DNA of 64,000 bases from sequence record ON287375.1, one strand, 5' to 3'. Of the stretch, positions 1 to 9,231 are shown piece by piece. The notes beneath the pieces are model-generated. The model was not told the origin of the DNA. It did no database searches and saw only the letters and a program-made list of their open reading frames with translations. How positions within the stretch are numbered: the stretch's first letter is position 1; the number at the start of each line of letters is the position of its first letter. A program made the translations under genes and the position numbers.

Positions 1-65
1 ACATAACAAACATAACCCCTACCCACTCCTTAATTGGAGGGGTAGGGAGTGTATGAATAAATTTT

Positions 66-704
66 TTATGGGTTCTTAGCTTTCAACTGAGCTTCTAACT
101 GATTGATGTAAGTATACAGTTGTTGGTTCTCAGTTGTCAGTTCTTCAATACGAACCACATCAGATGGGTTACGGGTGATCGTCTGTTGACGAGTATTCTC
201 CCAAGCATCAGCTTGTTCTTTAGAAACATAACCACGAGTTGGAATAGTTCCAATCACAGTTCTTGGATCTTGAATACCCACTGCATTTTTAATGTATTCA
301 TTAAAGTGTGCAATAACAGAATTGATCCGATCTTTGAATGCCGGAGGGCAAGCTCCTAAGTCAGAGATAATACAAACTCTTTCATAGATAACTCCATCCA
401 CCAGAGGGAAGGATTTCAGATACGTTGATAACAAATACGTATCAGGTCTTCCACGGCTAGTAAGAACAATAACTACAGCATTATTGGCAATAGCCTGATC
501 GACGTAGCTTTGATATTGGTCCTGGGTAATACCAACAGGCTCAAATATCAGTTTGTATAAATCTTCCTTTTCAGCTTGCATCTCAGGGATGGTGCGGACC
601 GCTTCGACGGTGTAGAAGACTTTTGGGTCAACTACATTACTAAAAGGATTTTCAGCCTCGAAGGAACCTTTAGCCCATACCGCTGGAATTAAGTTCTGAC
701 TCAT
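66..704 (-). CDS. Hypothetical protein, probably virion-associated
   Basis: 212-aa ORF; 4-nt overlap with the upstream 443-aa ORF; ends at a hairpin. Confidence 0.75.
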   Translation of the reverse strand: MSQNLIPAVWAKGSFEAENPFSNVVDPKVFYTVEAVRTIPEMQAEKEDLYKLIFEPVGITQDQYQSYVDQAIANNAVVIVLTSRGRPDTYLLSTYLKSFPLVDGVIYERVCIISDLGACPPAFKDRINSVIAHFNEYIKNAVGIQDPRTVIGTIPTRGYVSKEQADAWENTRQQTITRNPSDVVRIEELTTENQQLYTYINQLEAQLKAKNP

Positions 705-2032
705 TCAGGGATTACCTTATCTTTGACAAATTGATAACGGGAGATCATCGTCAGTTTAACTTTAGATGAACGTCTCGTAATATACAGTTTGCCGTCCTTG
801 ATAACACGCTGAATACCTTTTGGTGGCATGCCATCTGGAGTAACAATTTCACCGGCTGCAAGCATCTCTTCTAGATCGAAGATAAACTTAACAGTGTCTT
901 TGGACATCATCCCAGCTTGAGAATCAGTAGAAGGAATCAACTGATAGTCAGGGAAGATATCGCGGATCTTATCACGACCTGCATGGTTCTTAGGTTTACC
1001 TACAAATGCCATATGAGCTGACTTATACAGGTGTGGTACAATCTGCGTCGATTCTATGACGCTGTTCTCGCCCCAGAGGCTTGCATACTTCTTAGGAAGA
1101 GTTAAACCATCCTTAACAGTATAGATCGGGGTGTAAGTCGAACCAGCGATAGTTTCGTTCTCAAGACCAATTTCATTCCAATAAGGAACGATGGCAAATT
1201 CCAGTGGGTTGAACAGATCTGGGATAATGTCAGCCCATTCCTCTTCGGTATGTTTGGAGTGCGTGAGAATGCATTCCTTGATTTTCTCATACGTTTCTTC
1301 TTCCGCGTCATTAGGGTTACCATAATAAATGATAGTCCAATCGCCACGGTTATAATGAGGGACGTTGATTAAATCATAAATATCGAAAGACATTACAATA
1401 CGTGCAGTATACGGATTGGTATTATCACCAACCAGTTTCTGTACACGTTCTTCGATCATGGCCGTTGTTTCATCGGCCAGGCGTTGACCAACTTGCTTAT
1501 AGTTTTTATCAGCAAGGAAATCGATATCGTCGATCGGAATTGGGTGAATAACGTAGATTTCACGATATGGGAATTCAACGCGGAAATATTCGTTCGCAAA
1601 CCAGATCTTGAATTCGCAAGTTACTTTACCTACAGTTAGAGCGAAGGAAATACTAGACGGCAACCAAATTGCGTTATTGGTGACCATCACGCTAACATCT
1701 TTCCATTCCCACCCTTTAGTGTAGGTTGCTTTGAGTAATTGGAGACAACCCTGAGAAGAGTCAGTTGTTTTGTTTTGAGTGGCTTGGTCATACAACCACT
1801 TACACATGTTGATAACTGGTGTAACAAAATCCTGAGGAACTTTCTCGAACATGGAAGTATCAGATACACCACGAAACACATGGAGATCGACCGGGTTATC
1901 AGGACCGAAATAAATATCAGGTTCTTTGGAGTAAGTCATCGTACTGTTGGTTAGTTCACCAATGGGAGAGGTGGAACCATTGATTACCAAGTCGTGAATT
2001 ACAGCAAAGCAACTATACAGAGTTGTTGACAT
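701..2032 (-). CDS. Putative virion structural protein (phiKZ gp157-like by size and position)
   Basis: 443-aa ORF; position next to the RNase H-like/UvsX block recalled from phiKZ-like gene order. Confidence 0.55.
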   Translation of the reverse strand: MSTTLYSCFAVIHDLVINGSTSPIGELTNSTMTYSKEPDIYFGPDNPVDLHVFRGVSDTSMFEKVPQDFVTPVINMCKWLYDQATQNKTTDSSQGCLQLLKATYTKGWEWKDVSVMVTNNAIWLPSSISFALTVGKVTCEFKIWFANEYFRVEFPYREIYVIHPIPIDDIDFLADKNYKQVGQRLADETTAMIEERVQKLVGDNTNPYTARIVMSFDIYDLINVPHYNRGDWTIIYYGNPNDAEEETYEKIKECILTHSKHTEEEWADIIPDLFNPLEFAIVPYWNEIGLENETIAGSTYTPIYTVKDGLTLPKKYASLWGENSVIESTQIVPHLYKSAHMAFVGKPKNHAGRDKIRDIFPDYQLIPSTDSQAGMMSKDTVKFIFDLEEMLAAGEIVTPDGMPPKGIQRVIKDGKLYITRRSSKVKLTMISRYQFVKDKVIPE

Positions 2033-2054
2033 ATTGCAACCTTTTAGCTATAAT
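2026..2054 (+). promoter_or_regulatory. Perfect sigma70-consensus promoter sequence
   Basis: TTGACA 2026-2031, 17-nt spacer, TATAAT 2049-2054. Confidence 0.45.
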
Positions 2055-2086
2055 GAAACATATTTTTGAAAAGTGGTGGACACAGC

Positions 2087-2491
2087 ATGAACTTCTTTCT
2101 GAGGGAACTAATCAATAGGATAATTAGTTACTTTATCCGTGTATCCAAAGGTGACTCATATGAAGACAAGATAGAACACTTGTTACGTAAGTCACTGTTA
2201 TTTACATTTATGGCTTTGATATTTGCACTCACTATGACTTCCAAATATCTGGTTGCCAACTGGTACCTAGAAGATTTGGAGAAGAGTCTCAACAAAGTTG
2301 ATACCTTCATGGTAGAGCAGCAAAACAACATGAACAACCTTTTCCGCATAAACGGTGATCAGTTAAAACAAATCGACGACCTCAATCATGAGAACGATGA
2401 TCTAAGATCTGATATCCGCACGTTACTGCATAACCAAGCTGTACTGGAAAAGCAGAACAAGGAGTTGCAGAAAAGGAATGGTAAGAAATAG
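2087..2491 (+). CDS. Membrane-anchored coiled-coil protein
   Basis: ATG 2087 after GGTGGA; hydrophobic SLLFTFMALIFALTMT followed by a heptad-rich C-terminus. Confidence 0.7.
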   Translation: MNFFLRELINRIISYFIRVSKGDSYEDKIEHLLRKSLLFTFMALIFALTMTSKYLVANWYLEDLEKSLNKVDTFMVEQQNNMNNLFRINGDQLKQIDDLNHENDDLRSDIRTLLHNQAVLEKQNKELQKRNGKK

Positions 2492-2551
2492 TAATTTAAG
2501 ACAAGGATGTCCATTAGTTGTTACATCACAAATTGGCAGGTATAACTAACA

Positions 2552-3973
2552 ATGAACATTGTCTACTATATCGTAAGTTCTTTTATCAAAGATAAAAATG
2601 TCGGACTATCTGGCGGTCATGGCTATTCTTACGATCCCGGTAACGAGAGTAAACGTAAGTTACAGAAAGACGTACCATCAGTTTATGGATACTACGTTAA
2701 TGGTAACTATCAAAATATCGCAGTGGATCAGATCGATATTTATAACGGTCGTATCCTGAAGCAACCAAATGAAGTAGATGCCTACCTGACCCATCTTGAA
2801 CTGATCATTAATAAATGGTTAGAAGATAAGAAGGAAGGTAATAAACTCCTTGTGATTGGTAACTGTGTCAAAGCGCACAAGATGCTTGAGAAAAACAAGT
2901 GTCCCGAAGCTTATAATGCTGAGCTGTTTAATCGTGTTTACGCTTTGATGCAAGAACATAAGAAAGATATCATTCACGATATTGAGTATTATGCTAAAGG
3001 TGGTGAAGGCCCTAAGACAGCTCATAAACAACTTGAGCTGGCTGAAGCCTTAGCTGATCTTCCTAATCCAGATACTATTACTCTTGATAAAATGGATGTT
3101 AAAGAGTATAAGAATCCAGAGATTGATTTTAATAAACTGGTTACAGCAACACGCTGGTATTTTAACACCGGTGATAAATCAACTTTCTATGATCTTGATG
3201 AAGAAGGTTATCGCCACTACACCTTTGGTCGTGTTGACCCAGATAAAAACTATTACGGTAAGGCTACGCCGGATGTGTTCTATTCTGCCTTGTACACGAA
3301 AACACCAATTAAGGTTTTGGATAAGTTATTCTCATTCTGTCAAAAGAACAGACCTAACCCATATAACATCATGGCGGCGGGCAACCTGAACCATATCAAG
3401 TCTAAGGAAATCGCTCGTGTTATCGATACGATCCCTGGGACGTTTGGTAAGAAGGAATTGGTTGCTCCAATGACGTTAGGTAATAACGAAGGTGCAAATC
3501 TGGTAGAGTTTATTGATCCACCTGGTCTGTCCTATCGTATCCGTGACTTCCATGCTAAGCTTGCTGCCATCTTCCGTTTTTGGAGAAAGCGTGATGCTAA
3601 TGGATGTTATCAGAAACATAAGTTTGTTGATATCACGGAACTGTTCTTTGTTAAAGATCCGAAAGGTAAATGGAAAATCCATCCGGACTTTACTAACAAC
3701 ACTTTGAAAATGCCGGTGACTATTGAAGCACCTGGTTGCGTTAAACCAGTTACGATCAATCTGAGTATGAAGTTTGATACTCCTGAACGTAATGCTTTAA
3801 ACAGTTTGATTGTAAATAAAGTGGAAGATATTAAAGTCTTCCTGGCTTTGGATTTCTCAGATGACTCTGGTGTGAGTTATTGCACCATTGTTAATACCCC
3901 TGAGTTTGATTACATTCATTCTAATAGCATCGCTAACCTACGGGTTTACAGTTTGAAAGAACTGGGCAAATAA
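2552..3973 (+). CDS. RNase H-like protein (phiKZ gp155-like), active site apparently degenerate
   Basis: 473 aa; N-terminal GGHGYSY pattern and position upstream of UvsX; canonical DG/E/D residues not seen. Confidence 0.5.
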   Translation: MNIVYYIVSSFIKDKNVGLSGGHGYSYDPGNESKRKLQKDVPSVYGYYVNGNYQNIAVDQIDIYNGRILKQPNEVDAYLTHLELIINKWLEDKKEGNKLLVIGNCVKAHKMLEKNKCPEAYNAELFNRVYALMQEHKKDIIHDIEYYAKGGEGPKTAHKQLELAEALADLPNPDTITLDKMDVKEYKNPEIDFNKLVTATRWYFNTGDKSTFYDLDEEGYRHYTFGRVDPDKNYYGKATPDVFYSALYTKTPIKVLDKLFSFCQKNRPNPYNIMAAGNLNHIKSKEIARVIDTIPGTFGKKELVAPMTLGNNEGANLVEFIDPPGLSYRIRDFHAKLAAIFRFWRKRDANGCYQKHKFVDITELFFVKDPKGKWKIHPDFTNNTLKMPVTIEAPGCVKPVTINLSMKFDTPERNALNSLIVNKVEDIKVFLALDFSDDSGVSYCTIVNTPEFDYIHSNSIANLRVYSLKELGK

Positions 3974-3977
3974 AAAG

Positions 3978-4020
3978 CATACTCCCTTACCCCTCCGCAA
4001 GGAAGGGTAAGGGTTATATG
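3978..4020. terminator. Repeated palindromic hairpin, likely bidirectional terminator
   Basis: catactcccttacccctccgcaaggaagggtaagggttatatg between convergent genes; identical copy at 8342-8384. Confidence 0.75.
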
Positions 4021-4025
4021 TTTCT

Positions 4026-5090
4026 TTAGTCCATGAAGGTGTCATTTAACTGACGAAGGTAAGTAGCAGCATCTTCAGATACTTCTTCTTTAGCCAGTTT
4101 AATTGCTTCTTTAACAATCGCCTTACTGGTTTTCTTTTCACCAATCTGGAGTTGAGAATCCAAAGTGATGACAGCATCACGATAACGAGCAGCAATAGAA
4201 CTCAATTCCTTCACTATAGAAACAGCACGGGATAAGCTACGACGTTTACCTTCATCGGTAGTGTCTTTATCAGCTTCATTCATTTTATCCAGAGCTACTG
4301 TTGCAGAAGCCAGAACGGATTGAACATCACCGGCGGCATCGATTAGATCACGAGTCACTATAGTAAGCTGACTAATTTTAGTTCCAGTAAACCCAGCATC
4401 CAGTCTGGTCAGTTTAGCAGCTTTCTCAAGAGCCTCAGTGGACGTATTCAGAGCCTTTAATGTTTCACCATTTGGATCAATACGTTTGATCTCTTTAATA
4501 TGACCATCAATACCAGCTAATTGGCGTTTAACAGTCCCGGCAATACGTTCCATAGTCTCACTCTGAATTTCTTCATGGCGAGCCTCTGCTTCATCACTAA
4601 GGGCTACTTCCTTGATCTTCTGGTTAATGATGACTTTATCGGCACTAGATAACCGTCTAATGATCCGAATTACTTCATGGTTAGAACCATCAGTGGCTAA
4701 ACCATCAATACCCTTAGTGGCAAGTTTCTTAACTTGTCTATTAACAACGTCACCTTCTAAAGATTTCTTAACTTTAGTGAACTCTCTAGCCGTTGCGCCG
4801 TTGATCCAATCTTTAATAGCACGCAGTAAGTTCTTGATCCATTCATAAACTTTCTGGCTACCTTTCTTTACACTGTCAAGGAAACCTTCCTGACCTTCAA
4901 CTTCAATCAGATCGATATCGTGAAGTTTAAGAACAGTGTCTGCGTATACAGCATCACCGCTTAGTTCGTTATCACCAACTTGTTCTTTAGCTAATTCAGC
5001 CAGACCATTAGTGATTGCACAAGTGTGTTCAAATTCTGAGTTAAGAGACTCAAAACCTGTAATATCTTTCAGTTCCATTTTGTTTACCAT
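4026..5090 (-). CDS. Putative internal head protein with protease-processed N-terminus
   Basis: 354 aa, helical; TGFE|SL and EGQE|GFLDSVKK...WIKNLL resemble phiKZ-like head-protein propeptide junctions. Confidence 0.55.
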   Translation of the reverse strand: MVNKMELKDITGFESLNSEFEHTCAITNGLAELAKEQVGDNELSGDAVYADTVLKLHDIDLIEVEGQEGFLDSVKKGSQKVYEWIKNLLRAIKDWINGATAREFTKVKKSLEGDVVNRQVKKLATKGIDGLATDGSNHEVIRIIRRLSSADKVIINQKIKEVALSDEAEARHEEIQSETMERIAGTVKRQLAGIDGHIKEIKRIDPNGETLKALNTSTEALEKAAKLTRLDAGFTGTKISQLTIVTRDLIDAAGDVQSVLASATVALDKMNEADKDTTDEGKRRSLSRAVSIVKELSSIAARYRDAVITLDSQLQIGEKKTSKAIVKEAIKLAKEEVSEDAATYLRQLNDTFMD

Positions 5091-5115
5091 TAGTAAGGGG
5101 CCGAAGCCCCATTAA

Positions 5116-7215
5116 TTAAAAGAGATCACCCAGAGAATAATTCTTGAATGAAACACGATGATCGAAGTGTTGGGAGTCTAAGGCGTAACCTTCCATACCA
5201 ACCATGTTCATCAGGTTCATTTTACCAGCAACAGCTTTGGTGTTAGCACCACCTGCCATTGTCAGTTTACCACCACCCAGAAGGATCTCAACTTGTTCTT
5301 TAGACCATTCCATGATGTCAATAGAGCGAGAAGTGATATTCTCTTCTGAGCCAGTATCCAGATCGATGAGCCAAATGAAGCATTCCGCATCTTGACCTTT
5401 ACGATAAATACGCGCAATGGTCTGTTTCATTTCATAAGAACGGAAAGGAGCATTCATCATGATTAACTGGTTACACATCAGTAAAGGATAACCTTCACGA
5501 AGGGTATTAAAGGTGGTGATCAATGGGTTAACATTTGGATCATTTTCTACCGTCTTAATAACTTTTTCAATATCACTTGAGTTTTCACCATGAACAGAAA
5601 TGGAATCTATCCCTTCGTTTTCAAAGTAATTCTCAAGTTCTTTGATGACTTCAATATAAGAAGTGTAGATAGCAGTCTTTTTCTGAACTGACCGAATAAA
5701 CTTAGGAAGATCAGCATGCTTGATAATGTCTCTGACAGCCTCCATGCGAGCACGAGACAGAACCCGACCTAATGCTTCACCTCTGATCTTAAGTCCCACA
5801 TACTTGACTGCAGACTTAATATGACGGAAGTATTTAAGGTCATCGCCCTTCAGTTCATTCTCAATGTCCTTTTCAACAGAGTGAGCAAACTTGGACTTAT
5901 CAGAATCAGTAAAGTTGTTATACCCATGCTTCTGGAAGTAGTTAACGATCTCGATATATTTATCCAGCCGAGCTTCTTCCTTCGAGTCACCTTCAATCCA
6001 GGAACGGTATTGATCAACATACTTTTCCCAATCGGATACATACTTAGGCATATGTTCGTTATAGAACTTAACTCGATCTTCGATGAAGTCCAGCATCAAA
6101 GCGCGAATGTTATTTAGGGTGTATTTCTCAGCCCCTGGGAACTTAACTGGAACTACCACGGGTTCAGGAGCTTCACCCATGCCTTCAACTTTGGTAATCG
6201 TAAACTTAATACGACCCAAACGGTGAGCAAGCATCTGACTAAGGAAGTCGTTATCCCGGCCATACATTTTGAGGAAATCTGTCTGGACGTCTTTATCAAA
6301 GAACTTATCAATGACAGTGAACAAAGCAAACGTTTCACGACCTTGAGCTTTGATAGGAGTGCCCGACATGAACAGTACATCAGAAACAAACTTATTAGAG
6401 CACAGGTCAATCAGACCTTGTGTTTGTTGTGACTTGTGTTCATTATAGTTATGTGATTCGTCAACGATAACTTTAATCGGTTCTTTACCCTGTTTGGAGA
6501 TAACGTTGATCAACCCATCAAACTCACGACTACGGAGATTTTCTTTATAGATAATAAAGTACTCTGCATCTGCATGATTAAGTGGATCAGTACCATCAAG
6601 AGAAGTCCAAATCTTAGGAGCTTCCTTAAAGTACTTAGTGGTCATCTCACTAACCCAAGGTGTTTGGACCAAGTGTTTAGGAACTATAATGATAGTCTTA
6701 TAGGGAGAGATCATTCTGGACCAAACTAGGCTGGTATAAGTTTTACCACTACCTGGTTCAGCGTCAAGTAAACAACCCCTTAACTGGTAACCGTATTTTA
6801 TACGGGAGTATCCTTCGAGAAACTCGCGTTGATCTGGGAACGGTCTAAGTTTAAAACTTTTGAGTGCTTTATCAACATCATAAGGTGGATAATCTTGGAA
6901 TGTAGTTTCGATCCAAGTCTTAGCTTTAATCTCGTTATAGAGTTGGTTGTACTTATACATCCCAACACGATAGCGGTCCACCTGTCGTTTATTACGGTTA
7001 GTTGTAAAGTGGTCAAGAATCCATGCCAGCTCCACCATGAAGAATTGGTGAATTTTGAAACGGCGGTTATTCAACTTAGTAATCATTCGGCTAGCAATAA
7101 CGGATGTACCGAAGTTAGACTTAAGGTCTAGCTCAAATGCATTTATATTTATACCGTTGATAACATAGTAGGAACCGACCTTTTCCACAGATGGCGAAAA
7201 GTTAAAGAATTCCAT
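5116..7215 (-). CDS. SF2 (SNF2/DEAD-like) helicase
   Basis: Walker A PGSGKT, Walker B IVDESH, motif III SGTP, motif VI QTIARIYRKGQ. Confidence 0.9.
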   Translation of the reverse strand: MEFFNFSPSVEKVGSYYVINGININAFELDLKSNFGTSVIASRMITKLNNRRFKIHQFFMVELAWILDHFTTNRNKRQVDRYRVGMYKYNQLYNEIKAKTWIETTFQDYPPYDVDKALKSFKLRPFPDQREFLEGYSRIKYGYQLRGCLLDAEPGSGKTYTSLVWSRMISPYKTIIIVPKHLVQTPWVSEMTTKYFKEAPKIWTSLDGTDPLNHADAEYFIIYKENLRSREFDGLINVISKQGKEPIKVIVDESHNYNEHKSQQTQGLIDLCSNKFVSDVLFMSGTPIKAQGRETFALFTVIDKFFDKDVQTDFLKMYGRDNDFLSQMLAHRLGRIKFTITKVEGMGEAPEPVVVPVKFPGAEKYTLNNIRALMLDFIEDRVKFYNEHMPKYVSDWEKYVDQYRSWIEGDSKEEARLDKYIEIVNYFQKHGYNNFTDSDKSKFAHSVEKDIENELKGDDLKYFRHIKSAVKYVGLKIRGEALGRVLSRARMEAVRDIIKHADLPKFIRSVQKKTAIYTSYIEVIKELENYFENEGIDSISVHGENSSDIEKVIKTVENDPNVNPLITTFNTLREGYPLLMCNQLIMMNAPFRSYEMKQTIARIYRKGQDAECFIWLIDLDTGSEENITSRSIDIMEWSKEQVEILLGGGKLTMAGGANTKAVAGKMNLMNMVGMEGYALDSQHFDHRVSFKNYSLGDLF

Positions 7216-7233
7216 AGTAAGGACCTATTGAAA

Positions 7234-8337
7234 ATGAACGAAAAAGAATTTGAATTCGAAAGTGATAACCACTATAACCTGTACTCTTTCGCTGAGCTGT
7301 CTCAAAAGAAAGTCTTTCATGACTCAGCTTTCATTGTTAAAACTCAGGATTACCACGATCGTTACAAAGTATCCTTGGGTGGGTATGTTTGGTATGTTGC
7401 TGCCAAGTTTATCGGTAAGTTCTGGCTTATGCTTGAGAAAGCTGAATATGCAGAACTGAACTCAGTAATTGAGCAGGGTAAAGAAGTTAAGGAAGGTGTT
7501 TATATTCCTTACGATAAAATTACCGGTGAACCAGATATGACTGGTCCTTTCTACGAACTCGTTGGTGAAGATTTCATCAATGTAGAAAACCGTTTAAGTG
7601 GTTTGGTTAAAGCCGTAGCACAGAGCATTCGTGAAGTAGCCACGATCGTCAATGAAGAGATGGAAGTCGTAGCTAAAGACGGCGATATCGTTAAAGACTT
7701 CGACGGCTATATGACCTTTGATACCAAACTGGGTACAGAGTTCGAAGTTAAGTTGTGTTTTGACAAGATCAAGCCAATTGCTGAAGACAATGCATCAGCT
7801 TGGATTGAACGCACTCCAATCACTAAAGAAGACCTGGCAACCTATTTCCCTAATGTGGGTGAAAAGATCATGAGTAAACTTGCTCATGTGAATGGCATGG
7901 TTAAAGCCATGTTTGAAGCTAAGGCTGTAGCCCGTAATCCAGAACTGGTTGAATACGCTGGTTGGTTGGTTACTGGGACACTGGTGAATGCTTACCTTAA
8001 TCAGAACGTGACCTATATCAGCTTCGGCGGTAAAGATAACTGGAGTGTCTTGGGTAAAGAAACCAAGAACAACCTGGAATGCTTTAAATACCTGGATCAG
8101 GAAATTGAATCCATCATTAAGATGCTGGATGGTATTGAGAAAACTGAAGGTGTTGATATCTACTCCATGGATATTGATACATTTGCAGTATTTGGTCGTA
8201 ACTTCGATAACAAAGTTGTTACTCCGGCTCTGCAAGGTTATGTCCAGCCTCTGTTGGATAAATACTCTAAGGGCTTCGAACAAACGCTTGCAACTCGCAT
8301 GGCGATGATCGATAACCAACACTTCTTTAAAGCATAA
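7234..8337 (+). CDS. Hypothetical protein
   Basis: ~367-aa ORF with phage-like codon usage; ATG 7234 preferred over TTG 7228. Confidence 0.75.
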   Translation: MNEKEFEFESDNHYNLYSFAELSQKKVFHDSAFIVKTQDYHDRYKVSLGGYVWYVAAKFIGKFWLMLEKAEYAELNSVIEQGKEVKEGVYIPYDKITGEPDMTGPFYELVGEDFINVENRLSGLVKAVAQSIREVATIVNEEMEVVAKDGDIVKDFDGYMTFDTKLGTEFEVKLCFDKIKPIAEDNASAWIERTPITKEDLATYFPNVGEKIMSKLAHVNGMVKAMFEAKAVARNPELVEYAGWLVTGTLVNAYLNQNVTYISFGGKDNWSVLGKETKNNLECFKYLDQEIESIIKMLDGIEKTEGVDIYSMDIDTFAVFGRNFDNKVVTPALQGYVQPLLDKYSKGFEQTLATRMAMIDNQHFFKA

Positions 8338-8341
8338 CAAA

Positions 8342-8384
8342 CATACTCCCTTACCCCTCCGCAAGGAAGGGTAAGGGTTATATG
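8342..8384. terminator. Repeated palindromic hairpin, identical to 3978-4020
   Basis: 43-nt exact repeat between convergent genes. Confidence 0.75.
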
Positions 8385-8386
8385 AT

Positions 8387-9166
8387 TTATGCTAATTTTT
8401 TAGCTTCATCAATCTGCAATTGCAGTACACGAGTCAGTTCGCTCAATTGAGCCAACATCAGACCTGCAAAGTTAGCATTGTCTACCAGTTCACCAATCGC
8501 CATATTAAGGGATTCAGCTTCTTTGGCATTCAGGATAACTTCTGATTCAGCAACTTTAGCTTTCAACAGGTTAGTTACATAAACAACATTATCCATACGC
8601 TTAGAGACCACTTCAACATCGCGTGAGCTTAGAGTCTGTACGATACGGTTAAAATCATTCACTACTTCTGAAGCAGCATTAAAGTTAGGATACAGTTCAT
8701 TCAGACCACGAGTGTATGCACCAGTATCTTTCATTGAGTTCTGGAAAGTCTCGCGAGCTTTAGAGATCAGTACCAGATCATTTACATTGCGGATGCTGAA
8801 AGGAACTTGTCCAGTAGCTGCCGCTTTTTTAATACCGCGATAAACATTATCAGCTTGGGAATCGACCATCTTGATAATAGGAACCGCTTGAAGAACAAAG
8901 TCAATGAAGTCTTTGAAAGACCAAACTGTTGGGTTAAAGAATACTGGAGATGGGATATGTTTGATAGCAGCAGAAAAGTACACATTCTGACTCGCTAAAT
9001 CTTTCCACACTTCACCACCTTTAACAGTATGAATTGACTTGTTAAAATTCTTAGCATTAAAAGCATCAAAGTTAACACTTAGCTCTTTAAAGAAAGAAGT
9101 AAAGCGTTCACCGACAGAGAGGGCTTCGTTGCCACTTACTTCGGTATTTAATAATTCGGTAGACAT
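8387..9166 (-). CDS. Putative virion protein (phiKZ gp153-like position)
   Basis: 259 aa; N-terminal SGNE|A motif; divergent from UvsX. Confidence 0.55.
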   Translation of the reverse strand: MSTELLNTEVSGNEALSVGERFTSFFKELSVNFDAFNAKNFNKSIHTVKGGEVWKDLASQNVYFSAAIKHIPSPVFFNPTVWSFKDFIDFVLQAVPIIKMVDSQADNVYRGIKKAAATGQVPFSIRNVNDLVLISKARETFQNSMKDTGAYTRGLNELYPNFNAASEVVNDFNRIVQTLSSRDVEVVSKRMDNVVYVTNLLKAKVAESEVILNAKEAESLNMAIGELVDNANFAGLMLAQLSELTRVLQLQIDEAKKLA

Positions 9167-9231
9167 GCTATGGCAAACTCCACTAGTGTGTTATTGAAAC
9201 GTTTCATAACATTTAAATAAAAGGTATTACA

